Shown: positions 25,856-39,507 of the stretch, piece after piece
Numbering within the stretch: position 1 is the stretch's first letter
Layout of the letters: each line of letters opens with the position of its first letter
Assembly (NCBI GenBank): GCA_047495785.1
Contig: JBLDXI010000009.1
Span: 2,046,001-2,110,000, forward strand
Direction: 5' to 3'
Length of the DNA: 64,000 bases
Origin: Lepidodermella squamata
Lineage: Eukaryota; Animalia; Gastrotricha
Notes under the pieces: model-generated
What the model was told of the DNA's origin: nothing
Database searches by the model: none
What the model saw: only the letters and a program-made list of their open reading frames with translations
Made by a program: the position numbers and the translations under genes

Positions 25856-28800
25856 TCAATATCGACCGCCGCGATATCCGCCTCGATAGATTTGAGGTTG
25901 CTGTTGGGACTGAGCAGACGTTGGTGCAGCCTGGCCGCGGCCAGTTGTAGGAGCAGGTTCCATGCCCGCATCTTCCCGCTCTTGACGATATTGATGCGAC
26001 AAGATCATTTTCTTCAGCTGAGCTTTTTCGGCATCTTCAGCCTCACGGTGCTTTAAATAGCCGGAAACAAGGGGTGAATTTCGTGGTACAGCAATCGGCG
26101 CTAAATGAGGTTTCGCCCCCTTTCGAGCCATCAAAACGAACGGCACAACCTCCGGCACATCTGATTCAGATGAAGACTCCACTTCGCCCGTCGCCCTGCT
26201 TTGTTGGACCTGTTGAACTGCTTTAGCTTTAGCTGTTCTTAACGCGGCCGTTGGCAAATCAGAAAAAGCCGAGGAAAGGGTGTTTGAGCTGGGCGCAGTG
26301 CTTTGAGCAGATTTCATCGCGACCTCGAGCTCATGAAGAAATTCGTCGTCCTCTGGGCAGTGAATTTCTTTAGGACCCCGGGCTGGGGTCGGTTTTTCCT
26401 CGCCGTTTTCAACTTCTTCCGGATGAGCCTCTTCAGCTTCCTCTTCGTCCTCGCCTTCATCGTCGTCGTTATCATCCCCAACGTCATCGTCATCATCATC
26501 CTCCCCTTCATCGTCGTGCTCACCTAAATTAAGCCGGAAAACTCATTCAAATTCGCTGAATAATAAATGCTAGATTAATTACCTTCATCCTTATCCTCAT
26601 CGCCTTCTTTTTCATCGTCATTTTCTTCGTCGTCTTCATCCTCGTCATAGTCGCCGTATTGCGCCCCTGTCGCAGACATTTCGCCAGGTTTCGGCACCAT
26701 TTTCGCCATTTCTTGCTCTTTCTCGAAAACGACTTTCTCAGCATCCGCCAAACTTTTAAAGAGCTTAGCACCAGGTCGTAGCAGCTCCATCGTATCGAAA
26801 AACTGGTGATCGACCGACATCGGAAAACCAGGTCCGCTCGTCGCCCAGAACGGGTCGGCTTTTTTCTGCCAGTAGTACAGTTGGAGGTACATCAAGTATG
26901 TATCCAATTTCCGCTTGTGCGCGCCGCGGTCGAAATACGGCCCGCATGTGTCTAAAATGACGCAAGCCATTCGTACGCGGAACAAATTATCTGGCGGGTC
27001 AATATCTGGCAGACCAGCTCCGAGTGTGATGAGCAGATACAGTGTGCGCAGAATTACAGGAGAATCGCAGAGTCGATAATTGTAACACTCCCCTAGCAAA
27101 AATTGGCATGGATGAAAGTCTGAAAAACCAAACGAGTTCAGAACTTACCTAGCAAACGCGCTTCAGCTAGACGAATTTGCTGGTAAGTTTGGTTAGGGAA
27201 TTCGATAGATAGCCGAATATGTTCGAGGAGGATATCGACAATGCGTATCCCAATTACGCCGTAACCGTAGTCGCCAAGCGCCGAAATGAGCGATGCGAGT
27301 AATGGGAGGCGTGAAAACGGCAATTTCGTCCCAACAACTGACACAATCAAATTAGGCAGCCAGTCGTATACAGCTGGGTCTTCCCAATCCAGCATTCGAA
27401 GCCGCCGCATGACAATATTAGCATTTGCCTTATTCAACTCTCTAGCGAGCTGGTTTATAACATAGAGTTGAACCGGATCTCCGATTTCACGAGTAAAGCT
27501 CGAAGCACCAATCGCCTCTTCTTTTTTCACACTGACTAGAGCATTGTCTAACAACAATTGATAACGCGAGTCAAGCACCTGTGACGCCCTTTTTCGAACA
27601 ATCGCATCGACTATCAGCTTCATTTTTAGCTGGGTGTCCGGCCATCTCATAAGCTGGCGACCGCATGATTCCAACAGCGCTGCTAACATTTCCAAGCTGT
27701 GAAACGTGAAATCCCGAGTCAGAGTAGATATAAACCTCAGAACATCGGGCTTTCCGTATAAGTTGAATTTAACCAACTCGCCCATGAACCGGACAGTTTT
27801 CAGTTTCGACTCGATTTTCACTTGATCTTTCTTATGCAAATGATAACCCAATTCTTTCGACAGAGCATTTGAAACCTTTTCAGGTAGATCTGGCATCAGC
27901 GGCTTGAGCGAAGCAATAAGACGGGCATAAAATGGCAAGATAAATCCTCGGGTCCTTGGAGCGGCTAAAAGCGCTCGAGCTAATCGCAAGCTAGTTCCTC
28001 GGCCAGTGAAACCGTTTGACGCAAATTCTTGGGCAAGTTTGTCAATCAATTCGCGATTAGCACAGTTGGGTAATGATTCAATCAAGCCGATTAGCTTCTT
28101 CCGCCGCGCCAGTCTTTGCTCATCAGCCGACCCAGCAGGAGCCGCGCCATCTTTTTTCGCATCCTCTGCTGGCTTTTCGTCAGTCTTCTTCTCAACTTTC
28201 GGGGCTTCTTTCGCAGCTGATTCTTTCAACGTTGACGAATCTGAAGTAGCACCATCGTCATCGTCTTTTTCAACCGAAATTTCCACTTCGCCATCGCCTT
28301 CATCGTCATCGTCATCTTTGGGTAAATCCTTAGCCGTTTGAAGTTCTGGCAACTTCCGATAAAACGAAGTTTCATTGTCATCGGCAAAGAGATCAGGTGG
28401 TTCAGGGGCATTGCCCTCCAACACGGCAGCGGCGGCAGCTAACAATTGCTGGCGTTCGAGCTGCTTCTGCTGCTGGGAAGATAAGTTTTCGTTTCCTTCG
28501 TCTTTCTCGGTTATTTCTTCCAACTGCGGCGTGTCTTCGTCGACTAGATCAGCCAAAGTAGAAACAGTCGTCTTGAGACGGTCAAGGTCAAGCTTGCCGG
28601 ATTCCCACTTAGCTCTTTCTTCAGCGGGCAATTCACCGCGGTGTTGCAATACCTTCAAACACTGAGATTCTATTTGATGAAACTCTTTTTGTTCAGCAGT
28701 AAGCTTTTTGAAAACGGTATTAAGGTATTCTTTCAACAGGCGCTGACATCCGTCTTGAAACTGTTCGGGAATGAGCTTGCATTCTGGAATTTGAACATCC

Positions 28801-29510
28801 GCCCTCTTCGCTAAACTCACGAAACGACGTGGTACCAACTTTGCGAATTCTGGGCCACAGGATTTTAGAAAATTTATTATCACGGGAGAAAACATAGTTG
28901 CATCAGCGTGATTGGTTAGAGCTTTCAGCTGACCAGCCAGAAGGGCAAGTCCATCTCGCTCTGCCGGCCAAACTCCGACGATAACGAGCTCGGAAAGTAA
29001 TCGAATATCAATTCGCAGTTTATTAACATTTGCACTAGATATCGTAGCAGTGGCCGTCTCCCCAGGTTTGCTCACTGGCAATAAACAATTTTTGTGCCAC
29101 GCTTCAGCCAGCAGCTTAGGGAATTCGTCATAAGTTTGGTAGAGATGGCAGCAAAACTTAACGACAAAAGGTATATCGCTGAGTTTGAGCTTGCATTCAT
29201 GAGTTAGAGCTTGAACGATTTCGGCCAGGTAGCGAGTCAAATCTAGACCTGTTGCCTCATTTAGGAGTGCAGCATGCTGATTTTCAGCGACAGTTTTCAG
29301 CTTTTTAACAAACGCAGAATTTTTCTTTACATTAGCTTCTCGCTTCTTTGATGATCCCTCTCCATCGCCTTTTGAGCTGTTGATTTTCCGGAGGTTCACC
29401 TTCTCAGCAAAGCGATTCGAAAGATCTTTAACAAAATCGTCCAATAGCTTCTTTTCTTCATCAGATAGAACCGCCGATTCGCTGGGTTTTTCTGGATCGA
29501 CAATTTCCAT
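25856..29510 (-). CDS. UPF2: NMD factor UPF2 (MIF4G domains, acidic region, UPF1-binding tail)
   Basis: NVKKNSAFVKKLK, LPNCANRELID, IESKLKTVRFMGELVKF, LGECYNYRL, PPDNLFRVR...LDTCG, FVLMARKG. Confidence 0.95.
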
Positions 29511-29879
29511 TTTTAACAACTAAGGGAATAAAATAATGTGATGAGTATATTGATAAGGTTAAGGCTGAATGCAAGTTCACAAAGGTTACACATAAGTTGC
29601 TTCTAATTTAGTTCTTCTTGCGGTCAGCAATTGTCGGGATTGCAAAAATTTGTGAGATGGGCTATTAGGGCAGCGCGTAAGTTTTTATACCATAACAACT
29701 ACACATAAATTTGGAATGCAATAATTTACTGATTACTGGCGAGCACGGTTGCTTGTGTCTGACATCCTGCTGAGAGATGAAGTAAGATTTACCGTGGCAT
29801 GCGGACACGGCGCGCGCACTAGCGATGGCTATAGGCTAACTTCGACCGTATTGATCAGAAATTCTGCAGATTTGGTGCG

Positions 29880-30349
29880 ATCCAAAGAAATTGGTGAAGT
29901 GGTAACAAGGGCCCAAACAGCGGTCCGAGAGCTGTACAGCGTTAGCTGCAAAGGCTCGTCCTTGAGCATAGCCATAAAATTCTAATATACGTCACTACGA
30001 TCCGCTCTATCCTGGAATACGGATGTATGTGCTTCATAAACACCAATGAGAACCAGCTCAAAATATCGTAGATTATCAAGCACGACACGCTTAGATGGGC
30101 CGAAGTCGTCGCGAACAATTCGAAGAAAATTGAGATAAACGCACAACGCACTCTTTATTCAGAAGGGGTTGGACTTAGTCCCCTTGCGACTGAGATTTCG
30201 GCAACTAACATCAAAACTTCCGCGACGAGACAAGCTGGTCGTCCTGGCTGTGACGAAGTTGATCAAAGAGCACCGAGCAAGTCCGCTCGGCAGACCTCCT
30301 TGTGTCGGCACTCTTGCACTATTGGTACGGGTTTGTGGTGTGGTCAACT
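29880..30349 (+). mobile_element. Decayed 3' fragment of a non-LTR retrotransposon (RT thumb region, Jockey/I-like)
   Basis: Frameshifted translation EVVTRAQTAVRELYSVSCKGSSLS / KILIYVTTIRSILEYGCMCF...QLKIS*IIKHDTLR ... GLDLVPLRLR matches the LINE thumb pattern Y.t.IR..LEY...w...l..iQ..alR; contains a stop and frameshifts. Confidence 0.65.
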
Positions 30350-30374
30350 GGTTAGGGTTAGGGTTAGGGTTAGG
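30350..30374 (+). repeat. Interstitial telomere-type repeat (TTAGGG)3 TTAGG
   Basis: ggttagggttagggttagggttagg read directly. Confidence 0.9.
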
Positions 30375-31235
30375 TAAGCTTTAATAAATAAGCAATACAC
30401 GTCGGAGGTTGAAGTCACAAGCACCATTACACTGCGAGCGGAGCGAGCATGTGCGCCTGGTTATGGTTAAGTTTGGAGTTTCCCAAAATTGGACCCGTAC
30501 CAATAGTCAATGGAGTCAATGGACCGTAGTCAATGGAGAGTCCATAGTCCTGGTTTCATCAAAATTGTCCAAAAACAGACCGGATTTCCCCAGGTCCGTC
30601 TCTGCCTACCTACTTACTTATTTTTGCTTCCTTTTTGCTGTGTTCTTCTGCTTCGCAGCCCAGGTATCCGTAACCGGTAAAAACTCAAAACGTAGAACCG
30701 CTAGACCAGAGAACACGTGAGTGCTCAAATGATTTTATACTGAAATAAAAAGAAAACTAAAAATATGATATTATTTTATATAGTTACAAGAAAATGACAA
30801 GTAAATTATATTATTCAATCCTAGTCCAAGGAATCAGGGGTAAGAAAAGAGTCTCCTGGGGCAAAAATTTTTGCAAAGCGCCGGCGACCGCGTCCGCCCA
30901 ACGGCTCTGATGTCCAAGGCTGACTGAAATACTGGAACGCACCCCCTACATCCTTGTCCCGAAGTAGGCAGTTGACAGTTGACAGTTGAATGACAAATTG
31001 TCCATTGTCTTCAAGTTTTGAGTTTCATGTGGCCGCGATAAAACCTTATGCTTCATTGTCTCTGAGCTGATCAGATCTCTATAACTTACCGTTAATTATA
31101 TACTCAATATAGATTAGACTGCGGCATGTGTGTCAGATGCCTTCTCCTTCCCCCTTTCTCTATCTGTTGGAAGAATGCTCTCATAAAATTAAGCTAAACA
31201 TTCAAGTATTTTGTAGACTTATTGTAGAGCTCATC

Positions 31236-32695
31236 ATGCTCCCGCGAGGAATTTTCATTGTTGGTGCCAAGCGAACTGCTTTTGGCACCTACGGAGGAAA
31301 GCTGCGAGATTTTACTGCTACTGATTTGCAAGAGATTGCTGCCCGTGGAGCCCTGGAACAATCAAAAGTTGATCCAAAGCTAATTGATACCGTAATCATG
31401 GGCAATGTCATGCAGAGCTCGTCAGATGCGGCTTACATATCGCGGTAATCAAATGCTTTGTAGTTTTTAGTTGATAATATAGCGCTTTTATGAAGCATGA
31501 AGCATATTGTGTAATATTGATTGCATTGTCTTTATATTAATGTTGTCTTCAACAGGCATGTTGGCCTGCGCGTTGGAGTACCAATTCCTGTGCCGGCCCT
31601 AACCATTAACCGCTTGTGTGGCACTGGATTTCAAGCAATTATCAGTGGTGCCCACGAAATGATTGTAGATGGAAAGCAGCTTGCTCTTGTTGGAGGAACG
31701 GAGTCGATGTCTCAGGCACCGTACGCACTCAGAAACGTTAGATTTGGCACAAAGTTTGGAGTTGATCAAAAGCTTGAAGATACCTTGTGGGCTGGTTTGA
31801 CCGATCAGCATATAAAAACTCCCATGGGTATCACTGCCGAAAATTTGGCCGAGGAATATAAAATTTCCCGTACTGAGTGCGACACATATGCGTTGCAAAG
31901 CCAAAAGCGGTGGAAAGCAGCTCATGATGCCGGAAAGTTCAACGATGAAATAGTCGCCGTCAAGATTAAAGGCAGAAAAGGTGTCGAAGTAAGATTGCCT
32001 TGTTACGCTAGTTTTAAATTACTATGTGCATCCCATAGGAATTCAAAGTAGATGAGCATCCACGCCCTGATACTACTCTCGAAAGTCTGGCTAAACTTCC
32101 TTTGGTATTCAAGAAGAACGGTACCGTTAATGCTGGCAATGCTTCAGGCGTCTCCGATGGCGCTGCCGCATTGGTATTTTTTCGCAGCTGTTTTTGCCAA
32201 TCAGCTGGTTTATTATTTCTTTCAAGGTTTTGGCCACCGAAGAGGCTGTGAAGGCTCATAAATTGCAGCCCTTAGCGCGGTATTTCTTTAATAGGTCAAT
32301 AATTTTCTGTTTCAAGTAATTTGGTTATTTTATAAAGTGTTGTTGCATGGAGCTTTGTTGGTTGCGCACCTGATAAAATGGGCATTGGACCCGTCTCTGC
32401 AATTCAACAAGTCCTTAAGAAGACTGGTAAAAATCTTGCTGACATTGACTTGGTTGATGTCAATGAGGCTTTCGCTCCCCAATTTCTGGCTGTCCACAAG
32501 GCTCTGGGCCTTGACTTGGCTAAAACTAACGTTAACGGCGGAGCCATTGCTCTGGGCCATCCGTTGGGCGCATCAGGTGCTCGCATTAGTGCCAACTTGA
32601 TCTACGAACTTAGACGTCGTGGTGCCAAGACTGCTATCGGCAGCGCGTGTATCGGAGGTGGCCAGGGAATTGCTGTCATGTTTGAACGCTGCTAA
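31236..32695 (+). CDS. ACAA2: Mitochondrial 3-ketoacyl-CoA thiolase
   Basis: [57 protein letters not shown]. Confidence 0.95.
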
Positions 32696-32930
32696 AGCAG
32701 TGGCTGTAAATGACATGTCTTGCAAAGACATCGAAAGCACAACATTTTAAACTATTCGAACCTGTTACGTTGAAATTAATTGCACAGAATTAGAAAACCC
32801 TATGACATATTTTCATTGCTTTGAATGCATCATAGGGTTTATTTTGATTGTTTATTGCTGATTTGCTGCCCAGTATCAGCGGACAGAAGACGTGCTCTAG
32901 ATTTACGGCACCTACGAAAATTTCGTAAAA

Positions 32931-35900
32931 ATGGATGGCGGATCATCTCATGGCGGCAAGGGACCGAAGCCGCGCCAAAATACGTTGAGGTAGGCTTTTA
33001 CCATTTCTTCATTTGAAATAATATAGGCTAACATTATGTAATTCTAGGAAACAAAATTCAGGTGGAGGCGGTGGCGGTGGTGGTTATTCGCGGAATTCGG
33101 CGCCATATAATCAACCACGACGCGGACCGATTGGAAGCGGGAATTACGATTTCAAATCATCTTTCAGAGTAATTTGCGCAGTTTTATGTTGAGAATTTGT
33201 TAACACGGTTTAATATCAGAACGACGACCGGGGAGGATTGTCTGTTTTGCCCGAAGGTCTTTGGGCCAATTACCAACTTACCAGTCTCATCTCAAATTTA
33301 ATTGTAAGTTTTCACCGTCTATTATACAGTGTTGATATGGAATTTTAAATTAGGGATGCGAAGTCCGTTTCCGTCTTAAAGACGGCAGGGAGTACGAAGG
33401 AGTTTTCGAAGCCTTCAGCCCTAAAGGAGAATTCGCGTTTTCCCTATGCTGCCAGCTAAAAAATGGCTGTGTGCCCGATACTACTAAAGTCGACCTGCAT
33501 ACGACGGTCGAATTTAAAGACGTTGCTTCCTTTTCTGCCAAAGCTGTGAACATTGTCAACATGCGTACCGATTTCGATACCGACATCGGCATCAGCCAAC
33601 GAATTAGTCATGGCCAAGACGATAAAACGCGCCAGCTGGAGGCGTGGGAGCCTGACGCTGATGACGGCGGTATGCTTGAACTCGAGGATGATGGTGATAC
33701 TTCGAATAACGGCGGTTGGTCGGCGGATGACATGTTCAGAAAGAACCGCCCACTTCAAGACAAGGAAACTAAAGCAGGCATTTTAAAGGGTCCGCGCCAC
33801 GGTGATTACGACGGGAAAAGCGTTGACCCGTTTTCGAATGTTACCGCTGATGAAAGCGAGGTTACGGATGAGATTCGTGAGATTGCTGCAACTATTGAAC
33901 GCTCGGCAGCTTCGACAGCTGAGCGTGTTCGCATGGAAAAGGAAGATACTGAGGAAAATTTTTCCGCTGTGCTCGGAAATCGCGCCACATGGCAGCCCGG
34001 ACAGCAAGGCGGGCGCGGCGGCGGTGCCCAGCGTGGAGGACCTGGTCGGGGTCGAGGTGGCCCAGGAGGATCAGGCCGTGGTATTCAACCATACGCGACC
34101 CGAAAGGGCGAGCCGAGTCGTTTGCCCGGTTTGGCGCCTCAAATTCAGTCGCAGCAGTACCAATCTCAACCGGCACCTCAGGCCGGTCCGACTGGCAACT
34201 ACGCCAGCCGCATGCAGCAGCAACCTCAATCGACTCCGCCACCAGGAGCGATGGCTCAGCGAGGTTTTTCTCCAAAACCCTCCCCTCCGCCTCTTGTTGC
34301 CCAAAATTACGCAGCTGCAACAAATCCGCCGCAAAGTTACGCATCGGCGGCCGACCCTCATGACTCGACCTCATCACCCCAGACGACCACAGCTACAACG
34401 AACGGCGGGACTAGTTATAGCAACGCAGCTCAGTCACATTACTCCCAGCAGCCAAAAGGCTCATGGCGTCCTCCCACCAACCCGCAAGCGGTCGAGCAGC
34501 AGAAACGGGACATCGTCCACCACCACCAAGCGCAGATCGACACAATGGACCGGGCGGCCCTAGTCCAGGATCTGAAGCAAACGACAGCTTCAATCACCGT
34601 GCCGCCAGTCGAAAGCGAGAACACTGCTCCTCAACCTGCCCCTGCCCAACAGCAGCCTGTTCGCCAAACTGTTACAGTTAAAGCCGGCGGTGGCCATCAT
34701 TCAGTCCACCACCAGGAACCAGTATCTTCGGGACGCGAGTCCTTAGATTCGCTGAATGTTACCGACACATCTCACGGAGGTGATTCGGAAGCTCGAAGCA
34801 CTTCAGCGATTTCTTCATCTACTCCTCACCCGCCTGACAGCCATTCAACCACACCGGCTACTCCGACTATTTCATCCTCAGCCTCAGCCATGTCGAACTA
34901 CTTGAAACGGCTGAATCCGTTGGCCGAGGAGTTCGTGCCTCGTGGTCCAGCTTCGGTTGCATCGCCAGCACCTTCGACTTCGGTTTCGGCTGTTCAGTCA
35001 CCAACGGCTGCTCCGATGGCGGCTACTATCGTATCGCCGCCGATGGCCGCTGTCGTTCCTCCGGTGCCGTTGTTAGCAGCGGCTGCGGCTGCTCTTCCCC
35101 CGCCCTCGTTGCTACCACCTACGGTCGGTGTCGTTCCTCAGCCACCTGCCGTTGTTTCAGTGATAAATCAGGCGCCAGTGCCTCCGCCGATGGCTGCTGT
35201 TCCAGCTCAGGTCATACCAGGGCAGCACATCCAAGCCCCGGCTCAACCGACTCAACAACCGCATCATCAACAGCAGCATCATCAAGGTGCTCAAGGAGGC
35301 GGACATCGAGGCGTAAGTTCAAACATAGCTAATTTTTCTATTTTTACCAAACATTTGTACAATTTAATGCTGATAAAATGAACTTCGAGAGCCCATGTTA
35401 GAGATTCGAAAAGCGATTTTAGGCTTTTTCCTGTAAATCAAATTGGGTAGTTGCGTAATAATGGTTATGCGTCATCTGTAGTCTTTTCAACACAAAGACG
35501 GAACTGATTATCGGATCTCATTTATTCGAGGGCATGCGTTCAAATTAATATCCAGCTTATCGCTCTAACAAATATTCTATTACCTGGATATTGATTTGTA
35601 CCGAAATTTCGTAAGTAGTCTTACTGGTTCCGGCTTATGACGTCCTTCCGGTGTGAAATCCAATCAGTTCCGATCATGGCCTCGATGCTAAATTGCTCAT
35701 TTTATGATGTCGTTATTGCAATAGTTGAATAAAATATATGCATAGTTATACGAAAACGTTTCAGATTTGGCAGCGTTTTTTTCATATCTAGCTCGTGATG
35801 TCAGTTTGATAGCTTATGACGATAGGCCCTTAATTCGCAAAATCTCATTTTCTATCGTGTTTTCAGAAATTTATTGTATTGATTTTATATATAGGGACGT

Positions 35901-37877
35901 AACAATCAGCAATACAATCAACAACAGCAACATCAGCAACGCCCCGCTTCCGAATACGTACCTGCGACTGCTGCGTCTCACGAATCCCCCGCCGCTACAG
36001 CTGCCTTTGCTTTAGCGCACCAAGCCGCCGGTGTGGTCACGGCTCCTCAAATGCCGGTAAGTTACTCCCGAGTCGACAAGAATCTCTAAATTATAATTTG
36101 ATGTTACTAGCAGGCCTGGACTGTGATGCCTCAAGGCGCCCCTCAAGCTCCTGGTGCTCCTCAACTCGCAACGCCATATACTTACCAAGTCGCAGCGCAC
36201 AACCAAGCAGCTGCTGTTAACGCAGCCCGGTTCGCGACGCCTCAAGCGGGCTCGAACCCTCACCAGGTCACGGTGACGGCTCAGTTCACTCGCCCTCCAG
36301 CTGTCGTCGGCGGCCAGCCGACCACTGTTGGCGCCCCAACCGGCACCCAGATCATGTACACAACCGCCGGGGCTCCACAGGGCCAAGTGGTCGGAAAGCC
36401 TGGTGCTCCCGAGTTCACACCTACCCAATTCATCGTCGCGGTAAGCGTCTCTAACTTTCGTCATTTTCTTATTGATTTTAATTTTTGCGATCAATAGCAA
36501 CCTGGCCAGCCTTATACTGTTCTTCAGTCTGCTGCTCAAAACCCTGCTCAAGTTGCTGGGCATCCGACAGCTAACGTCGCGTTCTACCAGCAAGCACAAG
36601 CGCAACAAGGCCAAGTGATGTCGCTGCATCAAGCTAATCAAGCGATGCAACAACAGCAACAGCAACACGCCTCGCAGCAAGCTCAACAAGCCGGCCAAGC
36701 GCAGGCCGTTGCTCAGCAGATCCATCACCAGCAGCAACTGCAGGTCCAGCACCAGCAGCAGCAGCAACAGCAACAGCAACAACAGCTCGCACAGCAGCTG
36801 CAACAAGCCAGTCTGAACGGCCCGGCCACTGCTCAGTTGGTTCATCAGGCGCTCGCCCAGCAGTACCAGCAACAGCAGGCTGCTGTCGTGGCCGCGCAGC
36901 AGCAAGCGGCGCAACAGGCCCATCAGAACCAGCAGCAGCAGTTATTGAATGCCCAGCAACAGGGCCAGCAACAAGCGGCGTCGATGGCCCAGGCGCACAA
37001 TCAGGCGCAATTCGCACCAGTTCTGTACTATACATACCCGTCAGGCCAGGGCGGTACGCATCCGGCTCTTCTCCAACAGGCAGGCCAGCCGGGACAGGCT
37101 CCTCAGATGATTCAGGCGCAGTTCTACGATCCTCGTGGCTACGTTGTTACACAGCAAGGCGCGCAGCAAGGCGTTCAACAAGGCACCGGGCATAGCAATG
37201 TTGCCACTCCGGCTCAAACCCCGACTGGCAGTGGTCCTCCGTTCCTGTTTATGACCACTGCTGGAGGGCATGGAATGAGTAAGTTGGCCTATTTCTAACT
37301 ACCATACTTCCAATTTACTTGATTTACGTAATTTGTAACAGAGCTAAAAATTTCCCTTTGAAACTACCCTCTTCTCTTAAATTTAATAGGATTTGGGCGT
37401 TGAGAAACTGAATTGAGAATCTTCGAATGAGCCGAAATGTTGTTTGGCATAGGTAATTTATAGAACTAACTATCGTGAACTTAAGCTTTTGGCAGTCACA
37501 GCGAAATTTAAATCACTAAAATATAATTTTAGCTGCATTAGAACTTTAAATCGGACTCAAATTTACCGAAGATAAGCGTAGCGACCGAAAAATTGCAGCA
37601 TTTTTTAACATCACAAAACATTGCTAGACAAATTGGTTGCATAATAGAATACCTCCAGGTAAAAGTTAGTTTGATGTCGAATACAGACAATTCTCCCAAG
37701 TATTCTGACATGGCTTAACCAATTTGGCGTAAATATTAAAATGATTCTTTGATAAGCTGTATTTTAATGCCATCTTTCTTTTTATCAGCCTACTACACTA
37801 CTCCGCATATTCAACTGGTCGCGCAAGCTGCACAGGTGCAACCTGGACAAGCTGCCTCTCAAACTTCTGGTCCTTGA
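32931..37877 (+). CDS. ATXN2: Ataxin-2 (LSm, LSmAD, PAM2, Q-rich C-terminal region)
   Basis: YEGVFEAFSP (LSm), FDTDIGIS, LEAWEP, NGGWSADDMFRKN (LSmAD), PAM2 KRLNPLAEEFVP; last exon ends QTSGP* at 37877. Confidence 0.92.
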
Positions 37878-39163
37878 AAATTTGTGTACAGTGACTTTGC
37901 TCTTGAAGATGCTATACATAATATAGTAAATCGACTGACATCAGCTGTTTTCTCGTCTTCAAAAGCGCGAATGAAATGGTGGAATTGATGATTCGATACG
38001 TCCTCATGTATCGATGCATAGATCTATATTCTTATTTGTTGAGAAGTCAAATCGATTAGCTAGCCACGCTTCGATCGCTGCGTCCGGTCCTTGAAAAAGT
38101 TCACGCCATACATTTTTCTATGATAACGTTGCATTCGCGAAACGAAAAAAATCGGATGAGGAGGACGTGAGCGTTGTTTTAATGGTCACCACGAGAGTGA
38201 GATCGAGCGTACAACACTTCAGGCGAATTTCAGTTATAATTTCGATTGTAACCATCATACTACCATCTGCAAGGCTTTATTTTGTCGTCTCGGACTGAAG
38301 AGAACTCTTTTGTTTCTGTTATACAACTTCTGCGTCGTTGTTATAATGACTGTACTCGACTTCGTTCTCACTGAAAAGAACCTTCGACAGATACTTGTCA
38401 CGAAAGAAACCATCTCGCGATTTTCTTGCTCTCGTTCTCTCTTCTCTTTTCTCTCCGATTTATTTCATATTACTCATGGCTGGCGCAGTCATTGTCAACT
38501 CCGTGAATAAAGCCTGATGTCACTGAACACTTGCGGGGGTCTTTTTGAAACAAATTAATTACCTGCAGGTTTCCAGTTGAGAAAATCGCCCATCCCTGTT
38601 TCGTGGAAAGAGCTTATATTGAAAATGTTTAGACGAGTTTGCCGTCTCGAAGCAATTGGTGACCTAGTAATTTGAAGCAGTTTACCGGCAGTTTTCATAT
38701 TCATGTCAATCATATCATCAATCGGCATCAGTGGTTTGTTCCAGAATATGAAAAGAATTCGGTGCAGTTTGATTTCTAGAGTATCGGCATCAATTAAAGC
38801 CGCGCTTTCCTGGTGAACTGATATTATGATGTTCTAACCTACTCGCTGTGGACGCTCGAATTTCCTGCTGCGCAAAAAAAGTTAAATGCGCCACATTTCT
38901 ATTAGTTGGGAAACGGTACAGGATAAACGACACTTTTGTGTCTTTTCAGTCGACAAAATTAGCGTTGTTTGAAACTTGGCGCACACCTCCTAATGATGCC
39001 ACCCTGCCCCTTTCATTGCTCAAAATAGCTTGGGCAGGGTCTCAAATATTAATTAATCAGAAAATAATAGGCAAAGCGCACAAAGAAATTACGCACAATC
39101 ATATAGGTACATGTAAGAATTGAAACAAGTAATTAGTTCGAAGTCTTTCATTGAATATTTGTG

Positions 39164-39507
39164 TCAAATATATTCGTCCACTATGTCAAGCAGAGACTGC
39201 TTCTGGAGTCGCACTTCTTTGGCTGTTTTTCTCACCAGATACCATTTATACAACAAAATACCAGCAACTATAGCCTTTAAAAATAAAAAAATACTTATTT
39301 TCTATGATTCATGAGTATTGCTTCTTACCATAAATAATGCAACTACTGAAACGGGTGCGATGTGCCAAAATAGATTGGTGTACTTCTGAGCAACAACTTC
39401 CAAATTCCTCGTCGCATGTCTTGGCAGAATAATAAATATTAAAATAAAAGAAAAATGAGAAATCTTAACGCTCACATTTGCTGGGCGTATTCTGTGTTCT
39501 CTGACAT
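39164..39507 (-). CDS. Small single-pass membrane protein (~78 aa), unidentified
   Basis: Acceptor then aaaATG; 56- and 54-nt GT-AG introns give MSENTEYAQQIHATRNLEVVAQKYTNLFWHIAPVSVVALFMAIVAGILLYKWYLVRKTAKEVRLQKQSLLDIVDEYI*. The C-terminal exon is uncertain. Confidence 0.5.

Noticed and set aside
36012-36923. 303-aa Leu-rich ORF antisense to ATXN2
   Set aside because: Shadow of CAG/CAA codons (CTG/TTG on the other strand); no independent gene signals.
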